The translations under genes and the position numbers were made by a program. From Octopus vulgaris (Eukaryota), in assembly GCA_951406725.2 (NCBI GenBank), contig OX597815.1, forward strand, positions 48,732,001-48,796,000: 64,000 nucleotides of DNA. The letters run 5' to 3'. Under the pieces are notes generated by a model. That model worked only from the letters and a program-made list of their open reading frames with translations. It made no database searches and was not told the origin of the DNA. This document shows positions 28,641 to 41,725 of the stretch, piece after piece; the first letter of the stretch is position 1; every line of letters starts with the position of its first letter.

Positions 28641-29909
28641 TGGGTCATCCTATAAACAATGTGATTTTTTCAATTGCATGAAAAGTCGATAGAGGAATGG
28701 GATAAATTACCTGCATCAACTTGCTATAAAAGCAGGTAGTAATTTTACCTTGTCCTTATTCTTAGTACAAGTTTTGAAGAGTGCATTTCGATTTTAAGAG
28801 TTATATTTTCAAAGCTATAATGGAAGTGACAAAGGAGCATATTCGGCATATTTTGCTTTATGTGTTCAATTAAGGCAATAATGCAATGGGAAGTGTGAGG
28901 ATTATTAATGCAGTATATGGAGATCAGACAATAAGCATAAGCCAGTGTCAACGGTGGTTCCAGAAATTCCAAACTGAAAACTACAGCCTTGAAGATGAGC
29001 CTTGTCCTGAAAGATCTATAGAACACAAGAAGAATGTTCTGCAAACCTTAGTGGAACAAAATCCCATTGTAACTGATGAGGAACTAACAGAGTAGCTTGG
29101 ATTTCGTCATTCAACCATTCATCGATACCTGTATGCCATCAGAAAATTTAGTAAATCGGGTCAATAGGTTCCTCACCAATTTTCTGAGTCCAATCATATG
29201 CAGATAGTGAATGTGTGCTCTCATTTTCTGTCACGTCTTATAAATTAACCTTTTTGAACCAAATAGTGACTGGTGACAAGAATTGGGTTCCCTATAAAAA
29301 TGTCAAGCACTGAAAACAGTGAGTAGGGAAAGGAGAAACACCGGCACCCCAGGCTAAATAAAGTCTTCACCCATGTAAGGTGTTGTTAACTGTTTGGTGG
29401 GATATGAAAGGTTTACTCCACTTTAAACTTGTAAACCCAAACCAAATGATAACAAAGGTGATCTACTGTGAGCTGCTTGAGTGGTTTAAGTCAGTACTAG
29501 AAGAAAAACAATCACCTTTGGTTTCAAGAGAAAAGGTGTTCTTTCAACAGGATAATGCTCGGCTACATACAGTGAGGATGACATTCCAAAGGCTGGAGCA
29601 GTTTGAATGGGAAACGATGCCCCACCCACCATATTTATTGGACATTGCCTCATTTGATCATCATTTATTCTGCAGTCGATGGAAAAAATATGAATTCTGT
29701 AGACAAGGTCAGAACAGTACTGAAGGAGTATCTTTCCTCATAGACAAGTGAATTTTGGAAGAGGGGCATTGCATGTCTACCAGATAGATGGAAGAGCAGT
29801 GTAGAAAATGAAGGAGAGTGTATTTTAGATTGGAAAAGAACTTTGTTTATCTTAATTTTGAAAAATAAAAGACGTATAGAAAGACCGCATTACTTGTAGG
29901 ATGACCCAA
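28640..29909 (+). mobile_element. Full-length decayed mariner transposon (~1.27 kb), transposase pseudogene ~28820-29830
   Basis: TIRs TTGGGTCATCCTATAA / TTGTAGGATGACCCAA with TA on the left. Translation MEVTKEHIRHILLY, *VPH, VTGD, QDNAR, HPPYLLDIASFD, with stops and frameshifts. Confidence 0.92.
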
Positions 29910-30011
29910 AGAGGTCATGGCCCAATAGGTTTTGGGATTTGAGGATATGCCACAAAGTTAAACCCTTTATGGATGGGAAACCTAAAGTAATCTCATAAAC
30001 TGGCCTTCACC

Positions 30012-30091
<80 letters not shown>

Positions 30092-31079
30092 TGTTTATGT
30101 ATGTATAACAAAACAGGAAATTGGAAATGTTTTGGTATCATTTATTCATTATTACATATGTTTCATTTGCTAATGGAATAAGCAGATGTGCTTCAAGAGG
30201 AGACAGCTAGGATTTACACTAGTTTTAATATTTTTCTTTTTTTTTTTGAGGGGGGGGGATTTTCTATGAGTTTTGTCTCTTCAGTTCATTAACTGTGGTT
30301 CTTCAGTTAAGGTGATGGCTTTTAATTTTAAGCACTACCACAAGCTTCTCTTGTTTACTTCTGAGGCTGCTGAAAGACAGCAAGCAGGCAGAATCATTAG
30401 CATACCAGGCAAAACACTTAGTTCATCTAAACATTTTGAGTTCAAATTCTGTTAAGGTTGAGTTTGGCTTTCATTCTTATAGGATTGATAAAATAAGTAC
30501 CAGTTGAACACTGGGGTTGATGTAACCAATTTACCCGTTTTGGGGACTGTTGGCCTTGTGCCAAAATTTGAAACCAGTATCTGAGACTGCTGTGTCTAGT
30601 GAGCCTCAAAACACAAAATCATTCTCAACTCTGTCATTTTAAGAAATGTGATAATATGCTAGTTTAATCTGCTTTCAACTATATAAGTCCAGTATAATGT
30701 CACAGGAAAACATAATTTGTGGCTCTGTATATTAAGTCTTAAGAAGGCATTAACCATATAGTGGGTAGTTCAGTATGCTTCTACAGATAAAAGTTAGCTG
30801 TTGGTGTGGACCAGAGTTGGAGATTGGCTAGTAGTATGCTTTCAGTTGTGTTTTATAATCTGTAAGGTGTTATCCAAGCAGCTCTAGACAGCTATTTGTT
30901 GAATTTATGTAACTGTAAAATACTTATCTAATAATGATAGAAATGTTATAGCCATGTTAGCTTTTACACCATTGCTATTTGGAGTGTTGAAACACACAAT
31001 ATCCCTTTTCTATTTTGTGAAGGTTGCTCCTACTGAACTATTCTTAAGTTAGTTGTGATGGTGATTTTTCCAGTTATGC

Positions 31080-31330
31080 TCTTTGAACATATCTGTTTAG
31101 TTTTTTCTAACTTATCCATGCTGTAACCCTTCATACAGTGGGAACTAGAAAGACCATCATCCCAATGTAATCCAGATAAGTAAGGCCTTATATACTAATT
31201 AATATAATGTAAGATAAAGAGGTTGACTAGTTTGAAGCTTGTTCTACACCCTATATTTATTCAAATTCCTTATTGAGATGTTAAATAACAGATAGTACTG
31301 ACCCTTACAACACAGTGGGAGTAGTCACAA
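31080..31330 (-). mobile_element. Very old LINE RT remnant
   Basis: Weak traces of (Q)GSVL..LFNI and LTYLDY on the minus strand. Confidence 0.25.
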
Positions 31331-32261
31331 AGCAGAACTAGTTTATTAACAATCATGATGATACTGATACCAATATTGTTGATTGCAGTGCATTTTTTCC
31401 TTAAATTTCAAGGGTTTCACAAGAAGAGTTTTGGATAAGGACCATCATTCTCCACCCACGAGACTTACCCAGATCAATGCAACTCTTCCATGCTAGATGT
31501 CCAAATCGAGTGATGCAACATGAACATGTGGCTTGAGTTTTAGTCGTATTGGTCTTTTGCTACCTAAAATATATCATCTACACCTACCATGACAACAGAT
31601 GAAAGCAGTAGTTTGCTAACTGAACTGGTTGAACTTAGCCATTCATCTGCTCAGTGTCTAATAATATTTACTGTTAACTCAATAGATAGTAGTATATCAT
31701 TGTAAAGTGAAGGTGCATGGTTCCATTTGATTAGGGTGCTGGACTCATGATTGTAAGATTGTGGTTTTGATCCCTGGACTGGGCAATGCGTTGTGTTCTT
31801 GAGCATATTTCATTGCATGTTCCTCCAGTTCACTCAGCTTTAAATGGATAATCCTAAATGGACTGGCATTCTGTTCAGTGGGAATGCTGGCTTGTCCACC
31901 TAACCAGTGGGGTGGCATCATTCGAAAGCAACAACAATGTGAGAAAGTACATTGTGATCAGCAGTGTATAACAACATTTGAGGGTTAATACAGTAATGCG
32001 TTTGCGTGCATGTTCATGCATATGTATCTTTTACTTGTGTCTGTCGTGAGACTTTTAGTCAAATGAATCGATCCCAGTACTTATTTTTTAAAGCCTGGTA
32101 CTTATTCTACTGGTTTCTTTTGCTGAACCACTAAGTCATGGGGACGTAAATACACCAACATCAGATAGTCTGGTCAATACAGTAACATGTGTGTATGTGT
32201 GTGTCTTTTACTTGTGTCTTTCATTAGGCTGCTGCTATGCTGGTGCACTGCTATGAAGATT

Positions 32262-32672
32262 TTTACTCTTTTACTCGTTTCAGTCGTTTGACTACAGCCA
32301 TGCTGGAGCACCGCCTTTAGTTGAGCAAATCGACCCCAGGACTAATTCTTTGTAAGCCTAGTACTTATTCTATCGGTCTCTTTTGCCAAAGTGCTAAGTT
32401 ACGGGGACATAAACACACCAGCATCGGTTGTCAAGCGATGTTGGGGGGATAAACACAGACACACAGACACATACACACACATACATATATATATATACAT
32501 ATATATATACGACGGGCTTCTTTCAGTTTCTGTCTACCAAATCCACTAACAAGGCTTTGGTCGGCCTGAGGCTATAGTTGAAGACACTTGTCCAAGGTGC
32601 CACACAGTGGGACTGAACCCAGAACCATGTGGTTGGCAAGCAAGCTACTTACCACACAGCCACTCCTGCACC
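32262..32672 (-). mobile_element. SINE family A nested inside an older family A copy (~32205-32750)
   Basis: The older copy's sequence resumes at 32673 (ttttggtcaaaagaatcgatcccagt). Confidence 0.8.
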
Positions 32673-33408
32673 TTTTGGTCAAAAGAATCGATCCCAGTCC
32701 TTAATTTTTAAAGCCTGACACTTATTCTATTGATTTGTTTTGCTGAACTACATCTTAGGAGCAAATATTATTTAATCTTGACAGCAGTCATCAAAGCTAA
32801 ATTTTCAGCAACTGAACAATGTTACCTAATTGGGATTATAATACAGCTACATTGGGGTTTGAAATCATGACCTACCTAGTTGTTAGTACTCCAACACAGA
32901 ACTATGACTGTATTACCAACTAGATCTATGTTTGATCAAACTGGCCTATGACCAAAGACAATCCAACCATAACTAACTCAACTGATTGCTTTACTGCTAC
33001 ACAATATATACTTAAATTCTTAACATACTACTTCTGACTACATGCTAGCTCCTTCATGTGTTAATCAAAGACATGGGGGTGTTTCTATAATTTTAAATAG
33101 ATTTATTTCTAATTCAGGCGGAGAACCACAAATTTGCAGGGGAAGGGCACAGTCGATTAAATCAAACACAGTACTTGTCTCATATTCATTTCTTTCAACC
33201 ATGGAGAGATGAAAGCTAACGGTAACCCCTGAGGGATCTGAACTCAGAACTCATAGACATGTAACTAAATACCACAAGTCATTTAGTGCAATTGGCTACT
33301 GATACAGCTATTCATTTCCCTGATTCATATATATATTCATTCATTTAAAGTACATGTGTGTATGTGTGTTTGTTTGTGTGTGTAAGAGTGAAAGTCTCTA
33401 CTCTAGTT

Positions 33409-33457
33409 TAACTTGTGAGGTATCACATTAACAGCTATGGTTCCGAAACATGTTAGC
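33409..33457 (+). pseudogene. Decayed minimal hammerhead-like motif
   Basis: CTTGTGA (2 mismatches to CTGATGA)-GGTATCA...TGGTTCC-GAAA-CATG-TT, with palindromic ACATGT helix III. Confidence 0.35.
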
Positions 33458-33849
33458 ATGTTTTCTTTATGTTTATCTTAGGATGGGCATTAATACATAT
33501 CTATAAACATCATACATATACATATATATATATACATACATATATACATATATACATATATATATACATACATACATATACATATATATACATATATGCA
33601 TACATTTATATATATACATATATATATATGTACATGCACATATATATACATATATACATACGCATACACATATATATATATATAGATGTACATACACATA
33701 TACATATATATATATATATAAACATATATACCTACATATATATATATATACATATATACATATATATATACATATATACATATATATATATACATATATA
33801 CATATATATACAATATATACATGCATATATTTATACAATATATACATGC

Positions 33850-33882
<33 letters not shown>

Positions 33883-34115
33883 TATAATTAATTCAACACC
33901 AAGTGGCCTAGTGCTACGAGAAACCTGGATTATTATAATATTTTATAACATATTATAATATTTTTACAAAATAAATATAAGAGAGTGGTCACTATATTGC
34001 TCACTCTAGCACCAGTTAATCCAAAAGGTTTCAACCACGAAAATACATGTTTCCCATGAAAGTCAGTACGATTGTTAGCTCACACGGACAGGGCAAATAA
34101 AAAATAACAAAAATA

Positions 34116-34211
34116 CAGATTATTTTGGGACAATTGTTTCGCTATTAATGAATTAAATGTAATTTTACTTACAAAAAAATCCATTTGTAGCTCGTCAGCC
34201 AAGACTATCTG
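34116..34211 (-). ncRNA. Type I hammerhead ribozyme, copy 1
   Basis: Minus strand reads TTGG-CTGACGA-GCTA...TAGC-GAAA-CAATT-GTC-CCAA. Core at 34192-34198, predicted cleavage between 34129 and 34128, distal helix I CAGAT/ATCTG. Confidence 0.88.
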
Positions 34212-34650
34212 GATGAAATCCACTCAATCACACGCCAGATTTTACCATAACGATAAATACGCGTGTGGTTCAATTGATTACATCCGACGTTATAATTCAA
34301 ATGCCCCAACCAACAGCGCGCCAAACTCTCATGGAAAACAAATACAGCATTTAGAAATAAATGCAGCATAATTATAATTAATTAATAAGGGTGAGAGAAT
34401 TAGATACTAATTTAATAGTATATTTATTCAACACCAAGTGGCCTAGTGCTACGAGAAACCTGGATTATTATAATATTTTATAACATATTATAATATTTTT
34501 ACAAAATAAATATAAGAGAGTGGTCACTATATTGCTCACTCTAGCACCAGTTAATCCAAAAGGTTTCAACCACGAAAATACATGTTTCCCATGAAAGTCA
34601 GTACGATTGTTAGCTCACACGGACAGGGCAAATAAAAAATAACAAAAATA

Positions 34651-34746
34651 CAGATTATTTTGGGACAATTGTTTCGCTATTAATGAATTAAATGTAATTT
34701 TACTTACAAAAAAATCCATTTGTAGCTCGTCAGCCAAGACTATCTG
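34651..34746 (-). ncRNA. Type I hammerhead ribozyme, copy 2
   Basis: Identical to copy 1, shifted +535. Predicted cleavage between 34664 and 34663. Confidence 0.88.
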
Positions 34747-35302
34747 GATGAAATCCACTCAATCACACGCCAGATTTTACCATAACGATAAATACGCGTG
34801 TGGTTCAATTGATTACATCCGACGTTATAATTCAAATGCCCCAACCAACAGCGCGCCAAACTCTCACGGAAAACAAATACAGCATTTAGAAATAAATGCA
34901 GCATAATTATAATTAATTAATAAGGGTGAGAGAATTAGATACTAATTTAATAGTATATTTATTCAACACCAAGTGGCCTAGTGCTACGAGAAACCTGGAT
35001 TATTATAATATTTTATAACATATTATAATATTTTTACAAAATAAATATAAGAGAGTTTCTCGTAGCACTAGGCCACTTGGTGTTGAATAAATATACTATT
35101 AAATTAGTATCTAATTCTCTCACCCTTATTAATTAATTATAATTATGCTGCATTTATTTCTAAATGCTGTATTTGTTTTCCGTGAGAGTTTGGCGCGCTG
35201 TTGGTTGGGGCATTTGAATTATAACGTCGGATGTAATCAATTGAACCACACGCGTATTTATCATTATGGTAAAATCTGGCATGTGATTGAGTGGATTTCA
35301 TC

Positions 35303-35397
35303 CAGATAGTCTTGGCTGACGAGCTACAAATGGATTTTTTGTAAGTAAAATTACATTTAATTCATTAATAGCGAAACAATTGTCCCAAAATAATCTG
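35303..35397 (+). ncRNA. Type I hammerhead ribozyme, copy 3 (inverted unit)
   Basis: TTGG 35312-15, CTGACGA 35316-22, GCTA/TAGC helix II, GAAA 35373-76, CAATT, GTC 35382-84, CCAA 35385-88. Confidence 0.88.
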
Positions 35398-36269
35398 TAT
35401 TTTTGTTATTTTTTATTTGCCCTGTCCGTGTGAGCTAACAATCGTACTGACTTTCATGGGAAACATGTATTTTCGTGGTTGAAACCTTTTGGATTAACTG
35501 GTGCTAGAGTGAGCAATATAGTGACCACTCTCTTATATTTATTTTATACATATATATATATATATATATATACATACATTTATATACACACACATATATA
35601 TATGTATATACACAAACATATATATATATACATATATATATATATACATATATACACACATATATATATATATACACATATATACATACATATATATATA
35701 TATACATATATACATGCATATATATATATACATATACACATGTATATATATATATATGTATATATATATACACACACATATATATATATACATATATATA
35801 AACACATGTATAGACATACATATATGTAGCTCTCTATCTCCCTTTCTCTCTCTGTATATATATACACACACACACATACACATGTATAAAGAAAAAGAGA
35901 GTATGAAGGGGTTGATAACCCATAATTGATGATGAGGATACTGACTGCGACAATGATAATATTAGTGTTTGTGTGATTGTTGTTGCTTTTGTTGTTGTTG
36001 CTGCATGTGTCTGGAAAGTAAAGTATATCAATAGAAATCAATAACAGATATTGAACCAACGTGCAACATTGAGAGCCATTCAGAAGGCGATGTGACAATT
36101 GATTAGTGCAAGCAAGATGACAGAGCAAACATGAGGGAGGTAGTTAATTAGTAGGTTAAGACAGTCAAATAATCAATTGTTACACTAACGAATTCTCCAA
36201 AACCACAAATGGAAAAGCTTTCTCCGCCTCTTCACCTGGATCAAGAGATCATGCTTAACAATAAATGAT

Positions 36270-37000
36270 TCAAGCATAGTTACTAGCGATTAGCGTCATC
36301 AACTAGTTAACATCACAGGTAACTGATAAAGTCATTAACCATCCAGTTAGGTTACCTAATTAAACCATTATCCATTCAGTTAGGTCTTCACATTAAACTA
36401 TTATCCTTCCAATTAGGTCATATAATGAAGCTATTACATGTTCAGTCAGGTCATGTAATTAAGCTATTAATTGTCCATTTAGTTAATCTAATTAATCTGT
36501 CAGTCAACTAATTAGTTGACTATAATTAACTTATTAGTTATCCAGTCAGGTCATCTAATATAAATATTAACCATCTTTGAGGTCTTCTAATTAAATTATT
36601 AACCATCTCTTTAATTGATCTAATTAAATTATTAACTATCTCTTTGAGCCTTCTAATTAAAATATTAACCATCCATTTGTGCTATCTAATTAAACTCAAA
36701 ATCATTCAATTAATTAGGAAATAGCTATCCAGTTAGATTAGCTAATTAAATTATTTGCTATCCAATGAGATTATCTAATTAAGTTATTAGCCATCCGATT
36801 AAGTCAACCAATGAAAGTATTAGTCATCCAATTAATTCAGTTAATTAAATTATTTCACAGCCACTAGTATGAAAAAAATGAAATACTAACCATAAGTCAT
36901 CATAAACAGTCAACAAATTTAGTCATAAGATTCTACAAATAATTAAACATTTTAAACCATTAACATCTGAATAACTCATTAAAATCAAACTATCCACCAT
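36270..37000. repeat. Degenerate ~31-bp minisatellite
   Basis: Recurrent ctaattaaattattaaccatcc..ttaggtc. Confidence 0.7.
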
Positions 37001-37376
37001 TTAATTATCAATGGCAAATTCTAAAATTAGTCCCTCATCTTTCTATATCATTAACCATCCAAAAATGAAATACATTGGTTATCAAATCACTATTTTATAT
37101 AAGGATTCTCTTTCTCTTTTTTTCTTTTTCTAATCTATTTCTAAAATACTTTTGATGTTATGACCATCTCAGCAAAACATCTGGTTCTTGTTCCTTTGCT
37201 TTCTAAACTTGTGTTCTCTCCAGGGAGCTATCACCTTGAATTTGTTGTGACATGAAGTTAAATATCTATTTCTACATGGGATTAATTAATTCATATGTTC
37301 TATTAGTGATGTTATACATTTCACTGCATAGCTCTTACTCTTATTTCTAGCTTTAGTCACGAGCCCCATAGATTTG

Positions 37377-37700
37377 CAGAAACAGAAGGAAAAATTCTTC
37401 ATATACAAACTCGGAACCATGCCACCAATGGTTTTAAATAAGAGTTTCTTCTTCTACAGCTACACCTCCTCTTAGTTCACTAATCCCATTTTTATTCTTT
37501 AACTCTTCTCAAACCTCAATATTGTCTCTTCCTTGTATTACTTCCTGTTCACGTATGCAACTCAAGTTGGCTTGTGTTCATCATCAGTTGCAGCCAGTTT
37601 TTCAAACTTAGGGGATACGAAAGTCTGCTGTCTTTCTTTTACTTCCATTCAGTCAATTTTTCTCCTGAAGAAGGAAAATCTGAAAAATTTTCCATTCTTC
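37377..37700 (+). mobile_element. Penelope-like element 3' remnant: C-terminus of GIY-YIG endonuclease domain followed by pseudo-LTR with degenerate HHR core
   Basis: 37377-37475 translates QKQKEKFFIYKLGTMPPMVLNKSF, resembling the PLE C-terminal R..E..WI..L.T..P.GLN motif. CTGAAGA-A-GGA aaa TCT-GAAA at 37665-37685 has no convincing helix I. Confidence 0.55.
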
Positions 37701-37778
37701 ACAGCAATTTCACTATACTGATTCTGTAGCCTTCAGCCTTTCTCTTCGCATATATCGATGCAGACATACATATGTATG

Positions 37779-37835
<57 letters not shown>

Positions 37836-37883
37836 ACACATATACATCTATGTGTGTGTATATATATATATACATATATATAT

Positions 37884-37926
<43 letters not shown>

Positions 37927-38734
37927 CATATACATATATATATACATGCATATACATTTTTATGTGTATATATATACACATGCATATATACATATATGCA
38001 TATATTATATATATACACACACACACACACAGATATATATATATACATACATATACACATCTATATACTTATAAACATATACTTATTTATATATATATAT
38101 ATAGCATCATCATCCATGTTCCATACTAACATGTGTTGGACTCAGAAATATATACACACACATATATATACATACAATATATCTATGGCATATTTATATG
38201 TGTTATGTGTACATGCATAGAAACGTGTAAGAGTGAGTGAGTGTGTGTGTGTGTGTATGTGTGTGTGTGTGTACGCACTTAAGCATTATATGTCTCTCAA
38301 CTTGACTTTAACTCATTCCTTTCATGATAGGCACTCAGATTAATTCTGTCATAAATGCCATTGTGATTGCTGCAATTCTGTGATTGTGATGTGATTAATA
38401 TCACTTGATAAGTATACACGTGGCAGAGAGAGAGAGAGAGAGGTGGGGGCAGGTGAAGGAGGGATAGGGAATGTAGTAAGACATAAAACTAGTATTCTAA
38501 TTCTTTATTTGCTTATATCTATGAGAATGACATTGTCCATTGCCTAAAACTTGGATAGGTGAAAGTTAATAAAAGTTAATGTACACCACAGTAGCCCGAA
38601 CTACAATTTACATGCTAGCAGTCATAGATGAAATCATACACACACACGCACACATATATATATACATACACACACATATATATATACAAACACACACACA
38701 TATATATATATACATACACACACATATATATTCC

Positions 38735-39048
38735 TTAATTTGTTTCAGTCATTTGACTGTGGCTATGCTGGAGCACCACCTTTAGTCAAGCAAATGAAGC
38801 CCATGACTTATTCTTTGAAAGCCTAGTATTTATTCTATCAGTCTCTTTTGCAGAACTGCTAAGTTACAAGGACATAAACACACCCGCATCGGTTGTCAAG
38901 CAATGTTGGGGAGACAAACACAGACACACAAACATACACACACACATATATATATACAACGGGCTTCTTTCAGTTTCCATCTACCAAATCCACTCACAAA
39001 GCTTTGGTCAGCCTGAGGCTATAGTAGAAGGCACTTGCCTAAGGTGCC
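38735..39048 (-). mobile_element. SINE family A, head truncated at the mariner fragment
   Basis: Match stops at aaggtgcc. Confidence 0.82.
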
Positions 39049-39330
39049 GATCTTACTCCTTCAGACTACCATTTGTTTCGTAGTTTACAGAATTATTTGA
39101 GGGACATAACTTTCACAAGACAGGAGGAAGTCGAAATTAACATTTCAGAGTTCTTCACTTTGAAACCAAAAGAGTTTTACATTGATGGGATTAAAAAGCT
39201 TGTAAATGAATTGAAGGAAGTCATAGATAATCAGGGAAAGTACATTGATGATTAAATTTCAATTAAATATAAAATTTGATCACTTGTTTTCTTTATTCAA
39301 AATTCAGACAGAACTTATGGGATGACCTGA
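39047..39330 (+). mobile_element. 3' fragment of a mariner element fused to a truncated SINE
   Basis: DLTPSDYHLFRSLQNYL...GIKKLVNELKEVIDNQGKYIDD*, then TIR cttatgggatgacctga|TA similar to the 29.9 kb TIR. Confidence 0.85.
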
Positions 39331-39471
39331 TATATATATATTATATATATATATAGATAGATAGATCCTTTCAGCGTCGATTAAATAGGTACCAGTTATG
39401 CACTGGGATCGATATAATCGACTTTATCTGGTTGTCCTCTCTGTGTTTAGCCCCTTGTGGGTAGTAAAGAA

Positions 39472-39534
<63 letters not shown>

Positions 39535-40267
39535 CACACGCGCGCGCGCGCAAATTTGGTGTGTGTTGTGTTCCATTGCTTGATGAATGAAAAAATATAT
39601 AAACAACGACATAACGTATACTGACTGTAAAAGCAAACGTGAGACAAACAGAAAGTCGTAATTCCGTCTCTCCATTTTCTAGCATACAAAACATTTTCTA
39701 AGCGTTAACCACTATTCTCGTTTTCTTGGTCCCCAAGGCCGTACTTTGTTCAACTGTTTGTCCTCGTCCACCGTCCTAAATCATTCTGTGTCGTTTTGCT
39801 TCGTTTTGTTGTTCATAATTATACAGAAGAAAACTTTTTTTGCGGGTACCGCCAATTGGGAAGTATCAAGTCTTATCGTTTTTACATTCAACATACATTA
39901 AATCGTCAGTTTCTCTGCTACATTTTCTGTTGTCAAAGAAAATATTTCTCCAGCGTTTTCCCTTGTTCAGGTCTAACGACTCTCCACGTTTGTTTTCGTT
40001 TGGTTTCCTTGTGTCTCCACTGTCCTGTTTTTGTTCCCAATTTTGACCCTCCACAAATCACAAATTTTATTTTGGTACTTATGGGAGCAACTGTCTTCGG
40101 AGACTCATATTGTCGTTCAATGCTCGAAATATGGAGTAGATAGACAGCTGACAACTGATGAAGGGCCGTTCTTTATGTTACTTCTGTTTTCCATTTGTTT
40201 CTCTTGTTGTTTGCGTATTGATTTGTTTTCGTGTGGTTTACTGTTGGTGACGTCCTGTACCCATATA

Positions 40268-40328
<61 letters not shown>

Positions 40329-40369
40329 CCCCTATCGCCCAGCAATGCTAGTGGGTGTAATCAACAATT

Positions 40370-41313
40370 AAAGGTATCCAATCTTATCTTTGTTTTACAC
40401 ACACAGAAATCCGAAATATAATTTCGTCAAAAGTAATGTTGCGTGGACAAAATCCTTTAGACAGACAGTAGCTTCACTCTTTCTGAGCATGCCTAAACAT
40501 TTTCGCGCCATACGACTACTTAGGTTCCAGGATGTTAAGCCAAGATTAGACATGGAGTGCGCGTTCTTCACATTTTCGATTTCACTCAAGACAACAAAGC
40601 ACACCGAAGAGAGATATTGCATCAAATTTTTCCAAAACCTCTGTGATACTCAAGATCAAACCAGCAGGAAGACTCAGTAGAGTTTTGGCAATGATGTTAT
40701 GGGCAAAACTCAGATCAAGGAGTGGTACAACCGCTTCAAACATGGCCCCCATCTCAGTGGGGAACGAGTTATGCTCAGGCAGGCCATCCACAAGCCGAAA
40801 CAAGGATCCGATTGAGAAGGTTCGGGGGAAAAAATATAGAAGACTGCCACGTAGTAATCTAGAAAATTACTCACGGAGTGGGAATAAGCACATTCCATTT
40901 TAACGGAAGATTTGTGCATGCGAAGATAGTTGACAAAAAAAAATGTCGGATACTTTGGAACGCAACTCGTAATCCAAGTTTGTCTGGTCAAGAGCAAACA
41001 CCACTTTTTAAACAGGTTCCTTACTCTCCCGACTTGATACCATGTGACTTCTGGTTCTTCCCCAAACTGAAAACTACGCTGAAAGGGTGAGTCGCAGAAG
41101 GAAATTATGAGAAACGTAACAGCGAAGATCTATAACATTCCAGAGAAGGCGTCTCGTAAGTGTCACCAGCAGTGGCCGAAGCGCTGGGAAAAGAACGTGA
41201 ATTCACAAGAAAGCGATAGGGGTAGGGGTTTGAAGGTTATAAAATAAAATTTGTGCAATACACAAAATTGCATTTTGATGCTCAAAGATCGGATACATTT
41301 TGAACGCACGTCG
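40370..41313 (+). mobile_element. Internally deleted mariner remnant
   Basis: Peptides EERYCIKFFQNL, QIKEWYNRFK, SGRPSTSRN and PYSPDLIPCDFWFFPKLKTTLKG. Right TIR ggatacattttgaacgcacgtcg. Confidence 0.85.
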
Positions 41314-41327
41314 TGTGTGTATATGTA

Positions 41328-41363
<36 letters not shown>

Positions 41364-41477
41364 GCCGAAATCTGCGATGAGGAATCAGTTTCTGACTGAA
41401 GAACGAAGGCTTTGAATGACCCGTCGTCTTTTATGTTCGTCCCTTCGTGTATTTCACGTTATTTATTTATGTAAAGG

Positions 41478-41518
<41 letters not shown>

Positions 41519-41529
41519 CATACATACGA

Positions 41530-41725
41530 GTATACGAGCAAAACGCCTCCCGTCCAATGGATGGTGCTGATCGCATTCTCACCTAGAATCAATTTTTGTA
41601 ATTTTTTCAAGACTTATACACGCCCTGATACCGTCGGTATCTACATATCAAATTTGAGCGCAATCGGATGGAGGATGCCCGAGATCATAGAAGAAACACA
41701 CACACATAAGCAGACAGAACGATCG
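41530..41725. mobile_element. Helitron/HINE-like remnant
   Basis: caaatttgagcgcaatcgg...acacacaca..cagacaga block resembles the terminal region of the 46.5-47.6 kb Helitron. A similar block lies at ~44985-45080. Confidence 0.35.

Larger units (their letters stand above)
33891..35545. mobile_element. Retrozyme / Penelope-like pseudo-LTR array: 2.2 direct 535-bp units (33891-35056) plus a 491-bp inverted copy (35055-35545), embedded in (TA)n/(CA)n
   Basis: ATTCAACACCAAGTGGCC recurs at 33891, 34426 and 34961 (period 535). The reverse complement runs from 35055 to 35545. Units are nearly identical, carry hammerhead cores and have no meaningful ORF. Confidence 0.85.

Noticed and set aside
30145-30170. 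Minus-strand GAAA-CATATG-TA half-hammerhead
   Set aside because: No CUGANGA strand or helix I partner nearby.
41395-41430. CTGAAGA followed by GAA..GTC (similar motif at ~28055)
   Set aside because: The GAAA strand and helices II/III are not properly formed. At most a decayed pLTR remnant.
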